A stretch of 64,000 nucleotides of DNA from the NCBI GenBank assembly GCA_963693365.1, contig CAVNZM010000017.1, positions 310,001-374,000 on the forward strand. The letters run 5' to 3'. The notes under the pieces were generated by a model. It was given only the letters and a program-made list of their open reading frames with translations, had not been told where the DNA came from and did not search any database. Within the stretch, counting starts at the first letter, position 1. Each line of letters opens with the position of its first letter. Below, piece by piece: positions 1 through 22,538 of this stretch. Source of the DNA: Amoebidium appalachense (lineage: Eukaryota > Protista > Ichthyosporea). A program made the position numbers and the translations under genes.

Positions 1-1353
1 TATCAGGTTTTTTTTTTTTTTTTTTTTTTGTTTTTTTTTTTCCCCCTCCCCTTCGGCTCCTTTCAGACTGGTGATACTACGATGTTCGATGTTATACAGT
101 AGTATCTCAGTCACACATGCATGTCCGTGTAGGAATATTTTATAAAACAACAAAAAAAGTAGGAATATGGCTGATTCTGAAGGTATGTTCCTATGTACAC
201 CACATGGTGCTGTATATGTCGATATGCTGTGTGATAAGTAGTCGATTGTTCGTTGATGTACTAATGATAATAAGTTGCAGAGGATTTGGAAGATATCAGT
301 GGGGTATATGAATATGAAAATCCTGTATATACGAATGAGTCTTTACGGTTGTATTGAATTTTTTGATATACCTCTTACAGTGCATGGGTGTGTGACTGTG
401 TCATGCCGACGTTTGAGTTCTCAAATAAAAGGTACTAAAGTCTCGATAATGCAGCAATTGAAACACGTGTAGGGGCGTGTGTGGGCACGTGAACCGAGGG
501 ATGCACTTGTGTGTGTGCATATATTGCATGCGCAGCGCTGATGTATTGCTCGGCCTCCGGTTAATTGATTTTCTCCTGGTGGGACTCGCCAGGGTGGGTT
601 TGGGCCACCGAGGGATGGGGAGAGGGCCGGGTGTGTTGGGGGGCTGGGGAGGTGGGGTGGGGTGAAGGGCGTGTGTGTGTGTGTGTGTTGTGGCGAAGGG
701 TGGGCGGGTGGGTGTGGGGGGGAGGGGGGAGGTGGGGGGGGGAGGGGCCGGCCGGGGCTAATTTTGGCGCCAAATTCGGCGGGGTACATAATAGCCACAT
801 ATGGTTGTGTAATCGACGAGTTGATTGGCCAGTGCTTGTCGTTGCCTGTCATGATATGAAAAGGGGCGCAACGTTGCAACAGACACCTTTGGTTACGGCC
901 CTCTGGATTCCTGGAACACCCGGCCGTACACAACAAGGCCTCCTATATACTAACAGTACACACCCATCGATATCTGTTCTACTCAAGCCCATCTTCTCGC
1001 TGCAATCATAAGAAGACATTCTTGCCAACATCAAACACCGGCTTTGTCAACCCAACGGCCTGGATCCCCCCTCCTTCCCTCCCCTTCTCCCCCCCCCCCC
1101 CCCCCCCCCCCCCTCTCCCCCTCCCCCCCCCCCCCTCCCCCCCCCCCCTCCCCCCCCTCCCAACCTTCCCCACCCCCTCCCACCCCGCCCGGCAGATCCA
1201 CTACTTTCTATTCTTTGCGCAACCCACCACATCTCCTCTTTCCTCTGCTCCTCCGTTTCACACCAGAACTTACTCACAGTCTGTCATTGACACCACACCC
1301 CTCCATCCAAGCCTTCTCCTTCACAACTGCTGTTCCCATAACTGTCTGTCATC

Positions 1354-8635
<7,282 letters not shown>

Positions 8636-9114
8636 ATTTGGTATGAATGCTGCGCACGTGATTCAGTTAAATTTCCCAATTTCAACAAAAAAATAGAAAT
8701 GAATGACATGTTTATAACTATTTAGGAACTCAGTCTCAGACAGTCTTGACCAAAATTGAAATTGTGAGGATGTGCAGTGGCTATGAATGCTCTCATATGA
8801 TGTCTTCGTGATTTTGAGATACTTCGTGATTTCCTGGTGTGGACAGCCTTTAAATTTTAAACAGAAATTGAAGTGTTAATTTAAAAATTAGGCTTTGTAG
8901 ACCGCCGAAGGGCCCGGTGCTCCACAGGGGGCCCGTGATGTCTATCATATATGAGGTGTTCTATATGTTCGTCGATCGCAAAATGATAAAAAATGTACAT
9001 AGAGTTTACAAATAAAATTGATTTGATTTCCAAATTTTATACGACCTATGCATTTGCATCATAATGAATCGGAAGCGAGTCACTGGTGAATAAGAAAAAA
9101 TTATTTATTTCTTT

Positions 9115-9159
<45 letters not shown>

Positions 9160-9173
9160 ACACACCCGTGTGT

Positions 9174-9243
<70 letters not shown>

Positions 9244-9305
9244 ATGTGCGTGTCACTGTACGGTGTGTGTGTGTGTGTTTGTTTGTGCGTGTGCGTGTAC
9301 ATGTG

Positions 9306-9336
<31 letters not shown>

Positions 9337-9490
9337 ACGTGCGTGCGTGTGTGTGGGCGTGCGTGCGTGCGTGCGTGCGTGTGTGTGTGTGTGTGTGTCA
9401 CGGTGTGTACACATGTGTGTGTGACCACATATGCATGTGTCGAGTTAATTAAACATGTGTGCGCGCGACAGTTTTCTTTCTTTCTTTCTT

Positions 9491-9562
<72 letters not shown>

Positions 9563-10694
9563 GAAGGTGTAAAGTATCCTCACGGACACTTCAGTGTAAA
9601 GTGTATGTGTATGAGTAAACGGGGTTCACTCTGAACTGGATTTCAGAGGATCGATGCGTGCGTTTATATACGCGCGTGTACGGGTGGTCGACCCGGACAA
9701 GATTACTTGACCAATCACACAATTCCCTAGCCGACCAATCATAATACAGATTGGTACAGGGCTAGCAATTACTGTGTGTGACTACTTGGTCTCTTGCCGG
9801 TTCTAACACTCATATATAATCTTTACTGCTGCATGACTTATCACTTACACAGCCCCGAAATATGCTCCAAATAAACAGGTACCAGTACTTTTCCTGTTTG
9901 TCACTTTGGTTACCAGTTACCTTTCGGAGTGCTGTCTCTCTCACATGTGTAGCTGCAGGTTTACAACGACCACTCACAATGACTCACTACAGCTGGACTT
10001 TGCCTGGATGCCCTCGACATGACTGGTCGAATATGAGGCTCCCCAATCACTCACAACCTGCTTGTCAGTTATTCCGAACGGTTCTCTCTAGCCGTAGCGT
10101 TTATGTGTTCCAATCATCACAGAAGAGGCCATAAGTTTCTACCGAACTCGCCATTATGTCCACTCACATAAGTCTCACCGTACTGTAGTTCGTTTCCATA
10201 TGAGCTGGCACCGACGAAATGTAAACAAAGCAAATAGATCTGGATAGATCTGAATCGATCGATTGACACGACCGTCTGAGTGGGGACATAACAGGAGGAT
10301 CGGATAATCCGAGGTGTGCATCATGACGAGTCAGCTACTTTGGGAATCGACCGTTAAAAATTATAATTATAATATCGACCAATATTAGCGTGCGTGCGGC
10401 TCCGGGCCGGCCTTACTACACGTGCACTGCTTCATTGCAGTGACGTACGCGTGTCGAAACGAACAAGAATTCGAGAAAGAAAAATATGAAAAGAAAATAA
10501 ATTTAAAGAAGAGAAGAAAAAAAAGGGGGTTGTACAGGAAATACTGTGAATATTACAAACCAAAAAAAAAAAAAAAAAAAAAAAAAAAAGGAGCCTAGGT
10601 ATGCAAATATGGTGCGGCGACCCCATCGATGTCGTGCCACGACCTGGCCTTATTCACAAGCATATTCACAATGGGCGGCATACCCATGACCATT

Positions 10695-10749
<55 letters not shown>

Positions 10750-11133
10750 CGCTGCCACGTGCGACTATGGCCTCAGCCGCCCGCTACCTCAGGGGAGGTA
10801 GCAAGGGGGGGGGCGTTATTTTCATACTAGGGCTGCCGCTTGAGTCATTGAAACAGAAATTTTCAGAAATATTACTTTAATAAGATAATCGTAACAACGT
10901 AAGATTTGTCTTATAAAAAAACATCTCTCCGTTGAATAGACTCAGTTAAAAGAAAAAAAAATGGGATGGGCATGCGGTAGGCTCTGCTGAGTGTTGGCAA
11001 GTATGTACTCTAACCCCCGCCCTATGGAATTTTCTAACAAAGAATGTTAGTATTTAATCGGTGCTCTGATATTCAATGATATTGCATGGGAAGTTGTGCG
11101 GTGGCGTTGTATACTTCTTGTTTCCATCGATTC

Positions 11134-12792
11134 AAAAAAAAGTGCGAATCCGGCTCCCGATGATCCCCGATCACGAATTAAGCCAGCTATTCTGATTGGT
11201 AGACTGTAATGAGGTCTAAATTTATTCCCGATTTCGTCCGGAATTCTTCCCGACTACGCAAATTTGACCCGGCCCGAATCAATGTGATGCCATGTGCGGC
11301 CTAACGGCCACACCAAACAAGAAAAAGACTTGCAAGTCGGTCAAGTCGCACCACTCGCGCGCATTTAGTAGCAAAGATTCCTAGACAGCAGCTGGTCGTC
11401 AAAGACAACCGTTGGCAAGTTTTGGTGTAAAGAAACAGGCGACTCTAAACTCGCTTGCACGCATTTGCTTTTGTCTTGTGTTTGGTGAGATTGCTGCGGC
11501 TCCATCTACAACTTGCTACCACAGCAGTGGGCCGTGGCCCAAGACTGCGTAGAATAGTAGTTGATGTTTTTAAGCATATTGTTTTTGGGCAGGCAGGAGT
11601 TTGAGTCTGGAAAAACGGAGCTATGCGCCACAGGCAAGGTGAGTTTTTTTTAATAACCTCATCTTCACGAACCCTCTGACTTACATACTAGCCTCTTTTT
11701 GTCTCGTGAGGTCACACGGCAAGAAGGATACAACCTAAAACTTGTAAGCGCTTCTGTGCTTGCCTTGGTCGAAATTGGGCGTCCACGTCCAGCCGTGCAT
11801 AGGCATCTGTATATCCTCGAGCCTTTGTTGCTCTGTTATTAGTTTATACTTCTTGCAGTCTATGCTGCATCAGTATTACAGAGAACGCCACGTTGTGTTG
11901 CCTCCTTTTTGGCCTTATATAACACCGTACCCCTAGGTTCTAAAAGTCTCTTCCCCATCGCAGGTCCTTGAACCTGCTACTATGACTTTGCCAAGTTCGG
12001 GTTTTGTGAGCGGCTCTAACAGGCTCTAACAGGTAAGCCAAGGCATCAGCATGGTGAAGTATAGGGGCAAGATGGATGTTGAGTAGTTGACTATATCGTT
12101 CCACACCTATTGGTACTCAAATTAAAGAGTCGAAACACAGCCCATTATCTGCGTTAGAATAAGGGTTAACACACGTGCACATAGGTGTGCAGGTGAACGG
12201 TTTGCTAACCAAGCTACATACTACTTCTATGGCTCCCCACGACTACTTAGCTATAGCCTCTTCATGCTTGCAACCTGGTGTTGCTCATACTAGGGTTCTG
12301 TGTGCTAAACCCTTCTGTCTGCTTTTGTATATATTGTGAGTGCTTTCTACCCAGCTGAATAGCCGTTGTTGGGCTGTTCCAGGCTCGGCATCACACCTTG
12401 CATCACACTGTGTGTGATGACGAAGAACATGACTTGACACCACACTGTGTGTGGTACGAGTAACAAAGTAAAGGCGCGAGCTAGTCACGGTGTACTTCAG
12501 CATTCTTGCGGTTGTCTTCTTTTGTATTTAACTTTGGGTTAAGTTCACAGTATCGAAAGGGCAGGAAGTAGGTAATAAGGTCGGGAAGGAATCGGGGTGT
12601 CCCGGTCACGGGCGTGATCGGGATTTTTTTGCGAATCAGGGTGTGATCGGTATCAAAAAATCGGGGTGTAATCAGGCTAATTTCATCCCGATCACGTCGC
12701 TAATTACGAATCGGGTTTCCCGATTTTGCCCCGATTCTCATATGGTGATCAGGGTTTAATCGGGACACAGATTAGCATCTTTTTTCGCTGTG
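11134..12792. mobile_element. Degenerate non-autonomous TIR DNA transposon, CACTA/CMC-like, with subterminal CCCGAT repeats
   Basis: Left end aaaaaaaagtgcgaatccggctcccgatgatccccgatcac matches the reverse complement of the right end (cacagcgaaaaaaagatgctaatctgtgtcccgattaaaccctgatcac). Many cccgat/atcggg motifs lie at 11155-11280 and 12580-12765. No intact transposase. The superfamily call rests only on the CAC-start terminus and subterminal repeats. Confidence 0.6.
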
Positions 12793-13020
12793 TTAATTAA
12801 TATCGCCGTTTGTGCCACTTTTGTGCTGAACTTTTTAAACGAAAGCATGTTGATAGGTGTGAGTTTTTATGTCGCGATCGCGTTTTGCCACTTTCCCTAC
12901 GGGTGTCTGCTATGCATGTATGCACTTGTTACTGGATACTTGAACTCGTGCACGTGAAGTTTTTTTATTGCCTTCTCAGTATGCTGTGCATACTTAACGG
13001 CCGTTCAGCTTGCATACGTA

Positions 13021-13279
13021 CAGATGCCATCCGCCATTAAGAACCCCCCCGAAACGTGGTCGCGGTGCATGTTCTTAACTTTTTTGGACTACCGATATCA
13101 TAATCTTATTGGCACCGTACGCCGGGGGGGGGCCGGGGGGGGGGGGGGGGGGGGGGGGGCGCTGGGGCCCGGGCTGAGGCTGGGGGGGGGGGGGGGGGGG
13201 GGGATGGTGAGGGGGAGGGGAGGGGGGAGAGAGGGAGGCCGGGAGGACACGGGGAGGGTTGGGGTGTGTGTGCGTGTGT

Positions 13280-13330
<51 letters not shown>

Positions 13331-13489
13331 TAGGGGGCATGAGTATGTATGATGTACGAGAAGCTTAAAGGTCAGTCTGCCATTAAGAATATCCCAAAAT
13401 TTGGCCGCGGTGCATATTCTTTAAAAAAAACCGACTTGGCCACTAGCATATTCTTATTGGCGGGTATTCTTAATGGTGGACGGTATCTG
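13021..13489. mobile_element. Tc1/mariner-type MITE with TA target-site duplication
   Basis: TA|CAGATGCCATCCGCCATTAAGAA at the left and TTCTTAATGGTGGACGGTATCTG|TA at the right (reverse complement CAGATACCGTCCACCATTAAGAA). An internal repeat of the ccattaagaa/gcggtgcat block and a poly-G filler lie between. Confidence 0.85.
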
Positions 13490-14520
13490 TATCTTTCCGT
13501 TGAATCCAAAGAAATAAAGTCATTATAAAAAATTAAAAAAGAAAAAAGAAAAGAAAACATATTTTTTTTTTCAAAAAGTCGCCGATCAGCGCAGAGCGGT
13601 AGTATCGATTTGCTCGTTTCGGAAATGGATACTCGATGGCTTCTATTTTGCTGAGCATATCAATAAAGTCATTATAAAAATATTAATATAAAAAATTTCG
13701 ACGTGCCGTAATTATGCTCGATTTGGAGAGATCCCCCAAGAACTGTTCAAATAATTAAATATCAGCGGGAAATGAGTCACATTTCCCGTCTTTTACACGA
13801 ATACGGATTAAAAATGTACAACCCCGAAGACCTTTGGTACCAAAACTTTCCGGCAGAACCCTGCGTGACGTTCGTTTGTGTATGTGTGCGTCTTGTCGTT
13901 TTTTTTTTTTTGTTTTTTTTTTTTGTGTTGTTTCTTTTTTTATTATTATTATTTTTTTACACGTGTGTGTGTGTGTGTGTGGGGGGGGCGGGGGGAGGGG
14001 GGGGGGGGGGGGGGTTTCGAAGAGACACCATTTGAACCCTTCCTACAGTTTATTTTGTGTACAAGTGCATACGTTCCATATATTCACCTATGAGCATCCG
14101 AGGCAAAAGTCAGCCCACCAACCATCACACACAGATGCAGTGAGTAACCTCTCGATGCGTTGCCGTGTTTGGGCAGCCGAACATTCAAAGCTATGATTCT
14201 AAATAAAGCAAACATATCCTTTCCCGAATCCCGATTCAACGGTATAATAATGACAAGCTAATAAGCTAGCTCTGAAGACCCCCCCTACCCCTCCAGCGCT
14301 CTTCCTCTCTGCATACACACAACTTCTTTCCCTCAAACATGCGGACAGACAGGAGAGCGTGCTGTGGCTGCATGTAGATGTGTATGTGTCCGGGCCCCAG
14401 GGGAGAGGTGTGTGCGTGTGAGAGAGAGGGGGGAGGGGGGGGGGGGGGGGGGGAGGGGGGAAGGGGGAGGGGAGAGGGGTTATGAGAGAGAGAAAAAAAG
14501 AGAGGACGGGTGTGTGTGTG

Positions 14521-14572
<52 letters not shown>

Positions 14573-15236
14573 ATTACGTGCTTGCAAGTACCCGTACACT
14601 AAGTTATACAAACAAAATGTGTGACAGCAACAACTACGGAGGTGGCAGAAGACTGAATGCCGTGAGCCCGGACCGTTTTTTTTTTGGGATGATACTAGTA
14701 GCCTTTTGAGTCTGCGCCATGGTTTGAACTGCGGGGTCGGTGGGGAAGGAAGACCGGGAAACGAGGGGTGCCGGCGCCAAAAATTTCCTCACAAAAATTG
14801 TTTTGCCCGCAGCAAGGTTCAAATGCGCCATAATACAACAAAAAAGAAAAAGAAAAGAGAAAAAAAAGAAAAAAAGAAGGGAATAATATTAATAAAGCGT
14901 TAGAAAGAAAATTGTAGTTCATATCGTGATTTATATGCTGAACAAATGGCTTGACCCGGATGTGCTGGAATGGGGACAAGCAATCGGCCTAAAAGAAACC
15001 CCCTTTTGCCCCCCCTACGTTCAGGAATGTACACCATCTAAAAACATTTTCTCACAACGTAATGTGAGTAAAATGTACCCTTAGCAGTGCGTGCGGGCAA
15101 TGTAAATTTACTATTTGCAGCTAGCTGATCCGCATGACGGTCCAGCTTTCCGGACCCGGCCCGATATTTTATTATTGAATAAACTAAGCGGCATTTATTA
15201 AATATTATGGTACTAAATACTCAAATATATAATCAA

Positions 15237-15273
<37 letters not shown>

Positions 15274-15710
15274 TGTGTGTGTGTTACAGTGTTCATGCCA
15301 GACTGCCAGTATGTGATGTGATACAATGTACATAGCTGGGGCTGGTGATTGGCCCACAATACAATATTTTATCCAGTGACTAATCTTATCCAATCAGTCT
15401 TTTGCGCAAGCTAGTCATCTGAGGATGCGACACATGCACACATTCTTTTAAGGCACACACGTCCACAAATATACAAGTTAGTGGTAGTCCCTTCAAAAAC
15501 GGTGCACCACTGTACATGTTAGTACAACGTCTATGATCTTCGTTGGTCTTTTGTCTGGTCAGTAGCCTGAAGCACTGGGTGAAGCGCCAGGTGCACATGA
15601 AACACCAATATTTATTAGATAATTTAATTTAGTTGAACACTGTGCATGCTGCGTCACTAGCTGTGCCATGCATATGGCAATAATTTAGTACTCTAAAATC
15701 AAATTTCAAA

Positions 15711-15971
15711 ATGGCAACCTTCAACTCTCTCATAAATGTTATCAAGCCACGTTTAGGGCTTCAAAAGCTCTTCAACAGTGCCGTTTTTCTCCTTGGCCTA
15801 TTGACGGTACATCCCGTGCAAGGTGTGTATACGTTGGCTCTCCACAGCATGTGCTCACTGCAGGGCACTGCGGCCGCACTGAAAAATCATAATAGTGGCA
15901 GCCACAGATCGTGTTTTGCACCACGAGGCACACACACACAAACTGTGGCGCGCACACACAAACACACACAG

Positions 15972-16011
<40 letters not shown>

Positions 16012-16376
16012 ACATTTGCACGCACACACACATTTGTGCACACACACACACGCACACGCACACGCACACACGCGCACACACACCGTGACCCATACACACA
16101 CACACACACACACACACACCATGGCACACACACACACATACGCACACACACACACACGTGACACATGTGCACACACACACACATACGCACATGTGCGCGC
16201 TCGCACACACACACAGACACGTACGCGCACACACACACCGTGACGCACCGTGAGACACACAGACACACAGACACACACATACACACCGTGGCACATACAC
16301 ATACTGTGACACGCGCGCGCGCGCTCACACACAGACACGCACACACACACACACCGTGACACATACACACACACAC

Positions 16377-16421
<45 letters not shown>

Positions 16422-18662
16422 CACACACACCTTCTCCCTTGTACCCCCTCCCACCCCCCCACCCCCACCCCCACCCCCCCCACCTTTTTTTCTTCCCTCG
16501 TCCCAGGGTCTCCCTTATCCACGCCAAACTCTGTGATCAAATCATATCAACATTCCCCCCCACTTTGCAGGCCAGACTCCACCAGCGTGCGGGACCGCAG
16601 GCTATTCGCTTGTAAACGGTGGCTTCGAGAGTCCGGTTGTACCCGTCACGAACTACTTCTACTACGTAGCAAATGCGAATTCCCCAGGATGGAAGAGCAC
16701 AGAAGGAAAGGTGGAGTATTGGAGCCTTGGGCTTGGCGGAGTCACTTGTTCCGTGGGAAGACAGTGCGCGGAAATAAACGCAGATACTTTCGGTACCCTG
16801 TATCAGGTACGTACGGTATAATATTGAAAATTGTATAATAAAAATAATTAAAATATAGTGTAAAGCCTAATACCATCCCCGGCCTACTTAGTCATATATA
16901 TATAATACGAAATATAATGATATTGCCCTATCATGTGACTCATAATATGGCTAAATGTATGTACTAGTACGGGCGCTTCAAGACCGTAACGTTCCTTTCA
17001 GATTGAACCACTGATGTGTATCCTTAAAAATTCCAGCAAACATATGATTTGGGCTCCGTTGCGTGCGGAACGGAGTCAATTGGCGCATGTGTCTATCTAT
17101 GGCTATGTTTGGTGATTGACATGCATTAATATGCACATTGTTCAACTTGTGACCATTAGAATTTTCGTGTGTGTTTTTGTGTGTGTGTGTGTGTGTAGTG
17201 TTGGGGGGTGGCGAGGGGGCGAGAGGGAGGGGGTGGGGGGGTCGGTCTAGCATTGGCACAACAACTTATCAAACAAAATTGACGTGGCCCTGACAGTGCT
17301 AACGTGGCCCTGACAGTGTTTAAAAAGAAAGTAGGGTGCAAAAAAACAAAATTTGAATACTGGTAAAAGACTAAAAATATATATTGGAAAACAGGAAAGA
17401 AAAGAAAAGGACAAAAAACGACAAACGTTTAAGGCAAAAGCTTCATCTCAGGCCACTGACGCCAAAAGCAGACACTGACCCCACAACGTTTCACTGATGT
17501 GCTCTATTCCCGTTTTTTTTTTTTTTTTTTTTTTTTTCTTTCCCCTCCTCCCTCCACTCAGGATATCTCTGCGTTTCCCGGAGACACACTTGTGTTCTCT
17601 TTTCTACACCGAGGGCGATTGAAAAACGACTCCTGCTACGCAAAAATAGGTAGGCTCATGAGCGTGGGGGGATGTGTTTGCACGCTCTATTAGCAGCGAT
17701 CTCGACCCGTACATATCTCTAATGAGTGTGATTATGCCAAGTCGCGGTGTAAAAATTTGTATGATGGCGATCACACACCCACCCACGTCATTTGATAGTT
17801 GTGGACCTGACACTGCACAGCGAAACGATTCTTAGGTTATTTGCTTGTGGGCTTAGACTGGCAACCTCATGGGTGCGAGGATGCTGCATTACTATTCCTT
17901 AAACGTTCCAACCACCGCTTCTCCCATTTTAGCGTCCTGGGCTGCGAGCAGCCTAGATCACATTCCTCAGATGCCTCACACCTATGTTCATGCCTAAACA
18001 AAGAAACAACCGTGAATCATGTCACAATATAGTAAACAAATTTTTATTTTTATTTTATTTTTGTATTATTATATAAATAATTCTTTATAACTCTAACAGT
18101 ACTCGACCTTATTTGAAGTTTTAATGATTCAGGCACAAGTCCTTTGATCATTTTCAGTGTACATATTATGATTCAATGCATTAAGTTAATAATCTTTATT
18201 GAACTTTAATTACTTCACTATGTACAGAAAAACTTTTCAATTGCGCATAATAGACATGTTTTACCATAACATATTTTGTTTCGAATATAATAAGTATATC
18301 TCGATATACTTGTCGTGTTCTATTTGATGTGGTCGATTTTACCGTACCACTTTTTGTTTAGTATATGATAAGTATATCGCAGGATCGCACGAACCGCCGA
18401 CCCGACCATGGTGCGCGATCGATGCGTTCGTGTTCAATCAAATTCGATCTTACCAAAAGATATACTATACTACCGTCGAATACCTTTTGGTTCTTTCATA
18501 TGAAAGATATTCGAAAGTATATCGATGTCGAATATCTTTTTCACGATTTTATCAGATTAGGCAGGTCGGCGATATACTTATTACATTCGAAACAAAATGT
18601 GTTATGGTAAAACATGTCTAATATCAGTTTCCTAGCTAGCATGCATTACTTTCATCACCGTC

Positions 18663-18704
<42 letters not shown>

Positions 18705-19116
18705 GGCCCGCCCAGCAACATGACTACGCTCAGTTTCTTCACCACTGGCCTTGCATGGAAGCGTTATGTTCTCTCGTGGACCGTACCTCCCGGGGTGACC
18801 CAAATAAGGTTGGCCTTCGAGGCTGAACCAATAGGAACACAAGGGTTTGGCAATGTGCTGGACGATGTGAACCTGACTCCCGCTCGGTGCTTATCAAGTA
18901 AGTGCTTGCATGCACACACACACCCACTAGTCCCGGAAGATGACATATGCGCACGTGCATGCATGCACAGGATGCGCACAGGGGAACTGTTACAACACAC
19001 ACAGTAGCCCTTGCCCTTCCTGTAACTCTTTCTGGCAGCACGGAATTGTGGCAGCACACACACCTAGCTGTTATTCCCCCCCCCCCCCCCCCTCCCCCCT
19101 TTCCCCCCTCCCCTTC

Positions 19117-19148
<32 letters not shown>

Positions 19149-19396
19149 AAAACCCTTGTTACCGCAACACACATTGTCCCCGCCCCCTTCCACCCGCCCC
19201 TCCCCTCCCTCCCACCTCGCTCCACACCCACAAACACACGCTGCACTCCGCCTTACAAATCCTGCGCCAGCCTACCTTACCAAACAAGCACACACCTTCT
19301 TCCCTATAGTCCACACCGAATCCCATCTCTTTATGCACCCTTATCTACAAACACCACCTCAAGAGCATAAACACACACACACACACGGCACATTCG

Positions 19397-19466
<70 letters not shown>

Positions 19467-20408
19467 CACACACACACCCACACACACGCACACACACCCA
19501 CCAACCCTCCTCCCCCCGCAACCCCCGTTCTCCCGCATAAAAATCTGTATTGTGTGTCACGAGCTCTGCGTTCTCTATCGCATTCTAACCCCCCCCCCCC
19601 CCCCCCCCCTCACACACACACAGCCCCTGCGCTGGCGCCCTCATGCTCAGCAGACAATGGCTACTCTGTGATCAACGGCGGATTTGAGGAGCCAATCGTG
19701 AACCAGACTGCATCGAACGAACTATTTCCTGCTTGGAGAGTGCCTGCGTGGAGAAGCACAGAGGGCCAGGTGAGTGAAATGAATTACCTATCATTACAAA
19801 TTTAACGCACCAATAGCTTCAAACCGATAAATTAGTGTTTCTGTTGACAGTCAACATCAACTCATGGGATGGCTGCTGCCTCCCACCCCCCTCCCCCCAC
19901 CCCCCTCTCTCCCCTCGACATTCCTCTTAAGCTCTTCTAAGTAATGTCTTGATTTTTTGCACCAATCAAAGCAGGCCTTTTCAAAACGAATAACTTGTTG
20001 ATATTTTCCGTGTATGATTCGTTGTATTGAATCTGGGTTCGCACGGCATACTCTGGTAGAAGAAAATTCATACTTACCCAACCAATCAATGTGATTGCAT
20101 TCATGCATACATATTCCACAAGGTCTTGGTTTGCTCCAATTGGTGCATTAATCCAATGCAACGCTTCTAGTATTAACCCCTTCGTGTATGTAAGTTGTAA
20201 TGTGTTGGAATAGGGCTATATGAAATTACCGGCCAGAAAGACAGGGTGTGAAACACACGGTAGAGAGACAATGCAAGAGGGAAAAAATAGACTGAATGCA
20301 AATGAAAATGGTTTGGTTTCCTAGTGGTATTTTTCTTTGGGCACCCAGATTAGGGCGAAAGAGAGTGTCCAAAGTGTTGGGGTGGGTGGGCGCTGTGTGT
20401 GTATGTCA

Positions 20409-20443
<35 letters not shown>

Positions 20444-20516
20444 GGGGGGAGGGGGGGGGGGGGGGAGGGAGGGAGAGGAGGAAGCGGGGGGGGGGGGAGG
20501 TGGGGGGAGAAGAGTT

Positions 20517-20584
<68 letters not shown>

Positions 20585-21066
20585 GTGTGTGTGTGTGTGT
20601 GTGCGTGTGTGTGTGCGCGTGCGTTGTGGTGGTGGGGTTCTGGTTCTGGGGATATAATTCATAGTTTCGCACCTACTGACATAGAGCCCTATAACAGATC
20701 GAGCTATGGTCTTCAGGGTTTGCAAACACTACACCGGTCGAAGGAAAGCAGGTGGCTGAAATGCAGGGAGAGGTGCCGGGCACACTGTACCAGGTATGAG
20801 GGTGGGGTTGTTTGCTGTTTATTTAATTAATTTTTTTTAACAAAAGCAACGCAACACCTTCTTTTTTGGTGATGTTGTCGTTGTTGAAAATAGAACACAA
20901 GAAGGAAATTGTAAGAGCATGAAAGCACCAAAGAGAGAATTGACTCCCTCCCCCCACTCGCCCTTTTGTCCCTCCCCGTGCCCAAGCACACACAACCACC
21001 TGCACACATGCAAACACACACACACACACAGGTGCACGTGCACACGCATACGCACACGCACACACA

Positions 21067-21102
<36 letters not shown>

Positions 21103-21695
21103 CACCACACACCCTTGGTACCCACCCAGGTCTTCCTTTACCTATGTAACTCCAGGGGGGGGAGGGAGGGAGGGGGGAGGCGAGGGGAGGGGGGAGGGGG
21201 GGGGGGATTCATAAACGAGGTGGGGAAAGAGAGTGGGAGAGAGGGAAGAAGGGCTCGTTCTTTGGGGAGGGTGGATGGTGGGTGGGTGGGGGGGGACAGT
21301 AAGATGCAATGTGAGCAAGTCAAGGGAGAAGACGATGGACTGGGGGAAGATTCATCTAGGGCAAAAAAAAAAAAAAAAAAAAAAAAAAACTTTATTATGT
21401 AACCCTTCTTATGCACACAGTATATATTTTCCCATAACAGTTCCCATGCACAGAGAATACATTTTCCTATAACACTTCTATTCACACAGAATATATTTTT
21501 CTATGACACTTCTATTCACAATATATTTTCTATAACACTTCCCATGCGCTCAGGATATGTTTACCTATAACACATCCATTGCATGCAGGATATATTTTCC
21601 TATCCCGGAGAATATCTCGTCTTCACATTTTCGCACAAGGGGAGGGATGGCCCTGATACTTGCTCCGTTATGATCGGTAATTTTGGAACAACCCC

Positions 21696-21726
<31 letters not shown>

Positions 21727-21926
21727 AAAAAAAAAAAAGAAGAAGAAGAAGAAAAAGAAGAAGAAAAGGAAAAGAAAAAGAAAAAGAAAAGAAAAGGGGA
21801 AACATAACCCCCCCCCCCCCCCCCCCCCACCCCCCCCCCCCAAAAAAAAAAAAAAAAAGAAGAAGAAGAAGAAGAAAAGAAGAAGAAAAGGAAAAGAAAA
21901 AGAAAAAGAAAAGAAAAGGGGAAACA

Positions 21927-21964
<38 letters not shown>

Positions 21965-22502
21965 ACCACCACCACCACCACCACCACCACCACACATACC
22001 ATCACCAAAAGGAAAAGGAAAGGAAAGGAAAGAAAGAAGGAAAGAAATGGAAAAAAAGATATAGAAAGAGATGAATATGTGTGTTTGTATTTAGGGGGGG
22101 GGGGGGGGGAGGGGGGAGGGGGGGGGGAGGGGGAGCTCGAGAAGACTTCGAATATGCACATTCCAGTGCTGCATTCTTCAATTATTCGTTATTTGTTATT
22201 AATATATATTATATAACATTCTGACAGTTTTATGCAGTTTGGCACACACACACGAGAACACAACCAAGAACAACACTAAAATTTAACTCTATACATTGCT
22301 TGGGCATTCAAACGCGAGCAAAGAGCAAGGAAAAAAGAGCGAGCAAAGGGGGAACATGGGGAGTTCAGTCAGAGGAGTTTCTATAAACCACAAATAACTG
22401 AACCCCCTGCTATACACCTTCCCCCCTCCCCCCCCCCCCCCCCAACACACACACGCACACACATCTCTGCCTCCCGCTGTTCCCACCCACTTCCCTCCCA
22501 CC

Positions 22503-22538
<36 letters not shown>

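Noticed and set aside
14700-14832. B-box-like ggttcaaat and a partial inverted repeat
   Set aside because: No cloverleaf or clear TIR/TSD; could be chance.
16955-16990. Helitron 3' end (hairpin plus CTAG on the minus strand)
   Set aside because: The stem is only 5 bp with no spacer before CTAG, and no 5' TC end was identified.
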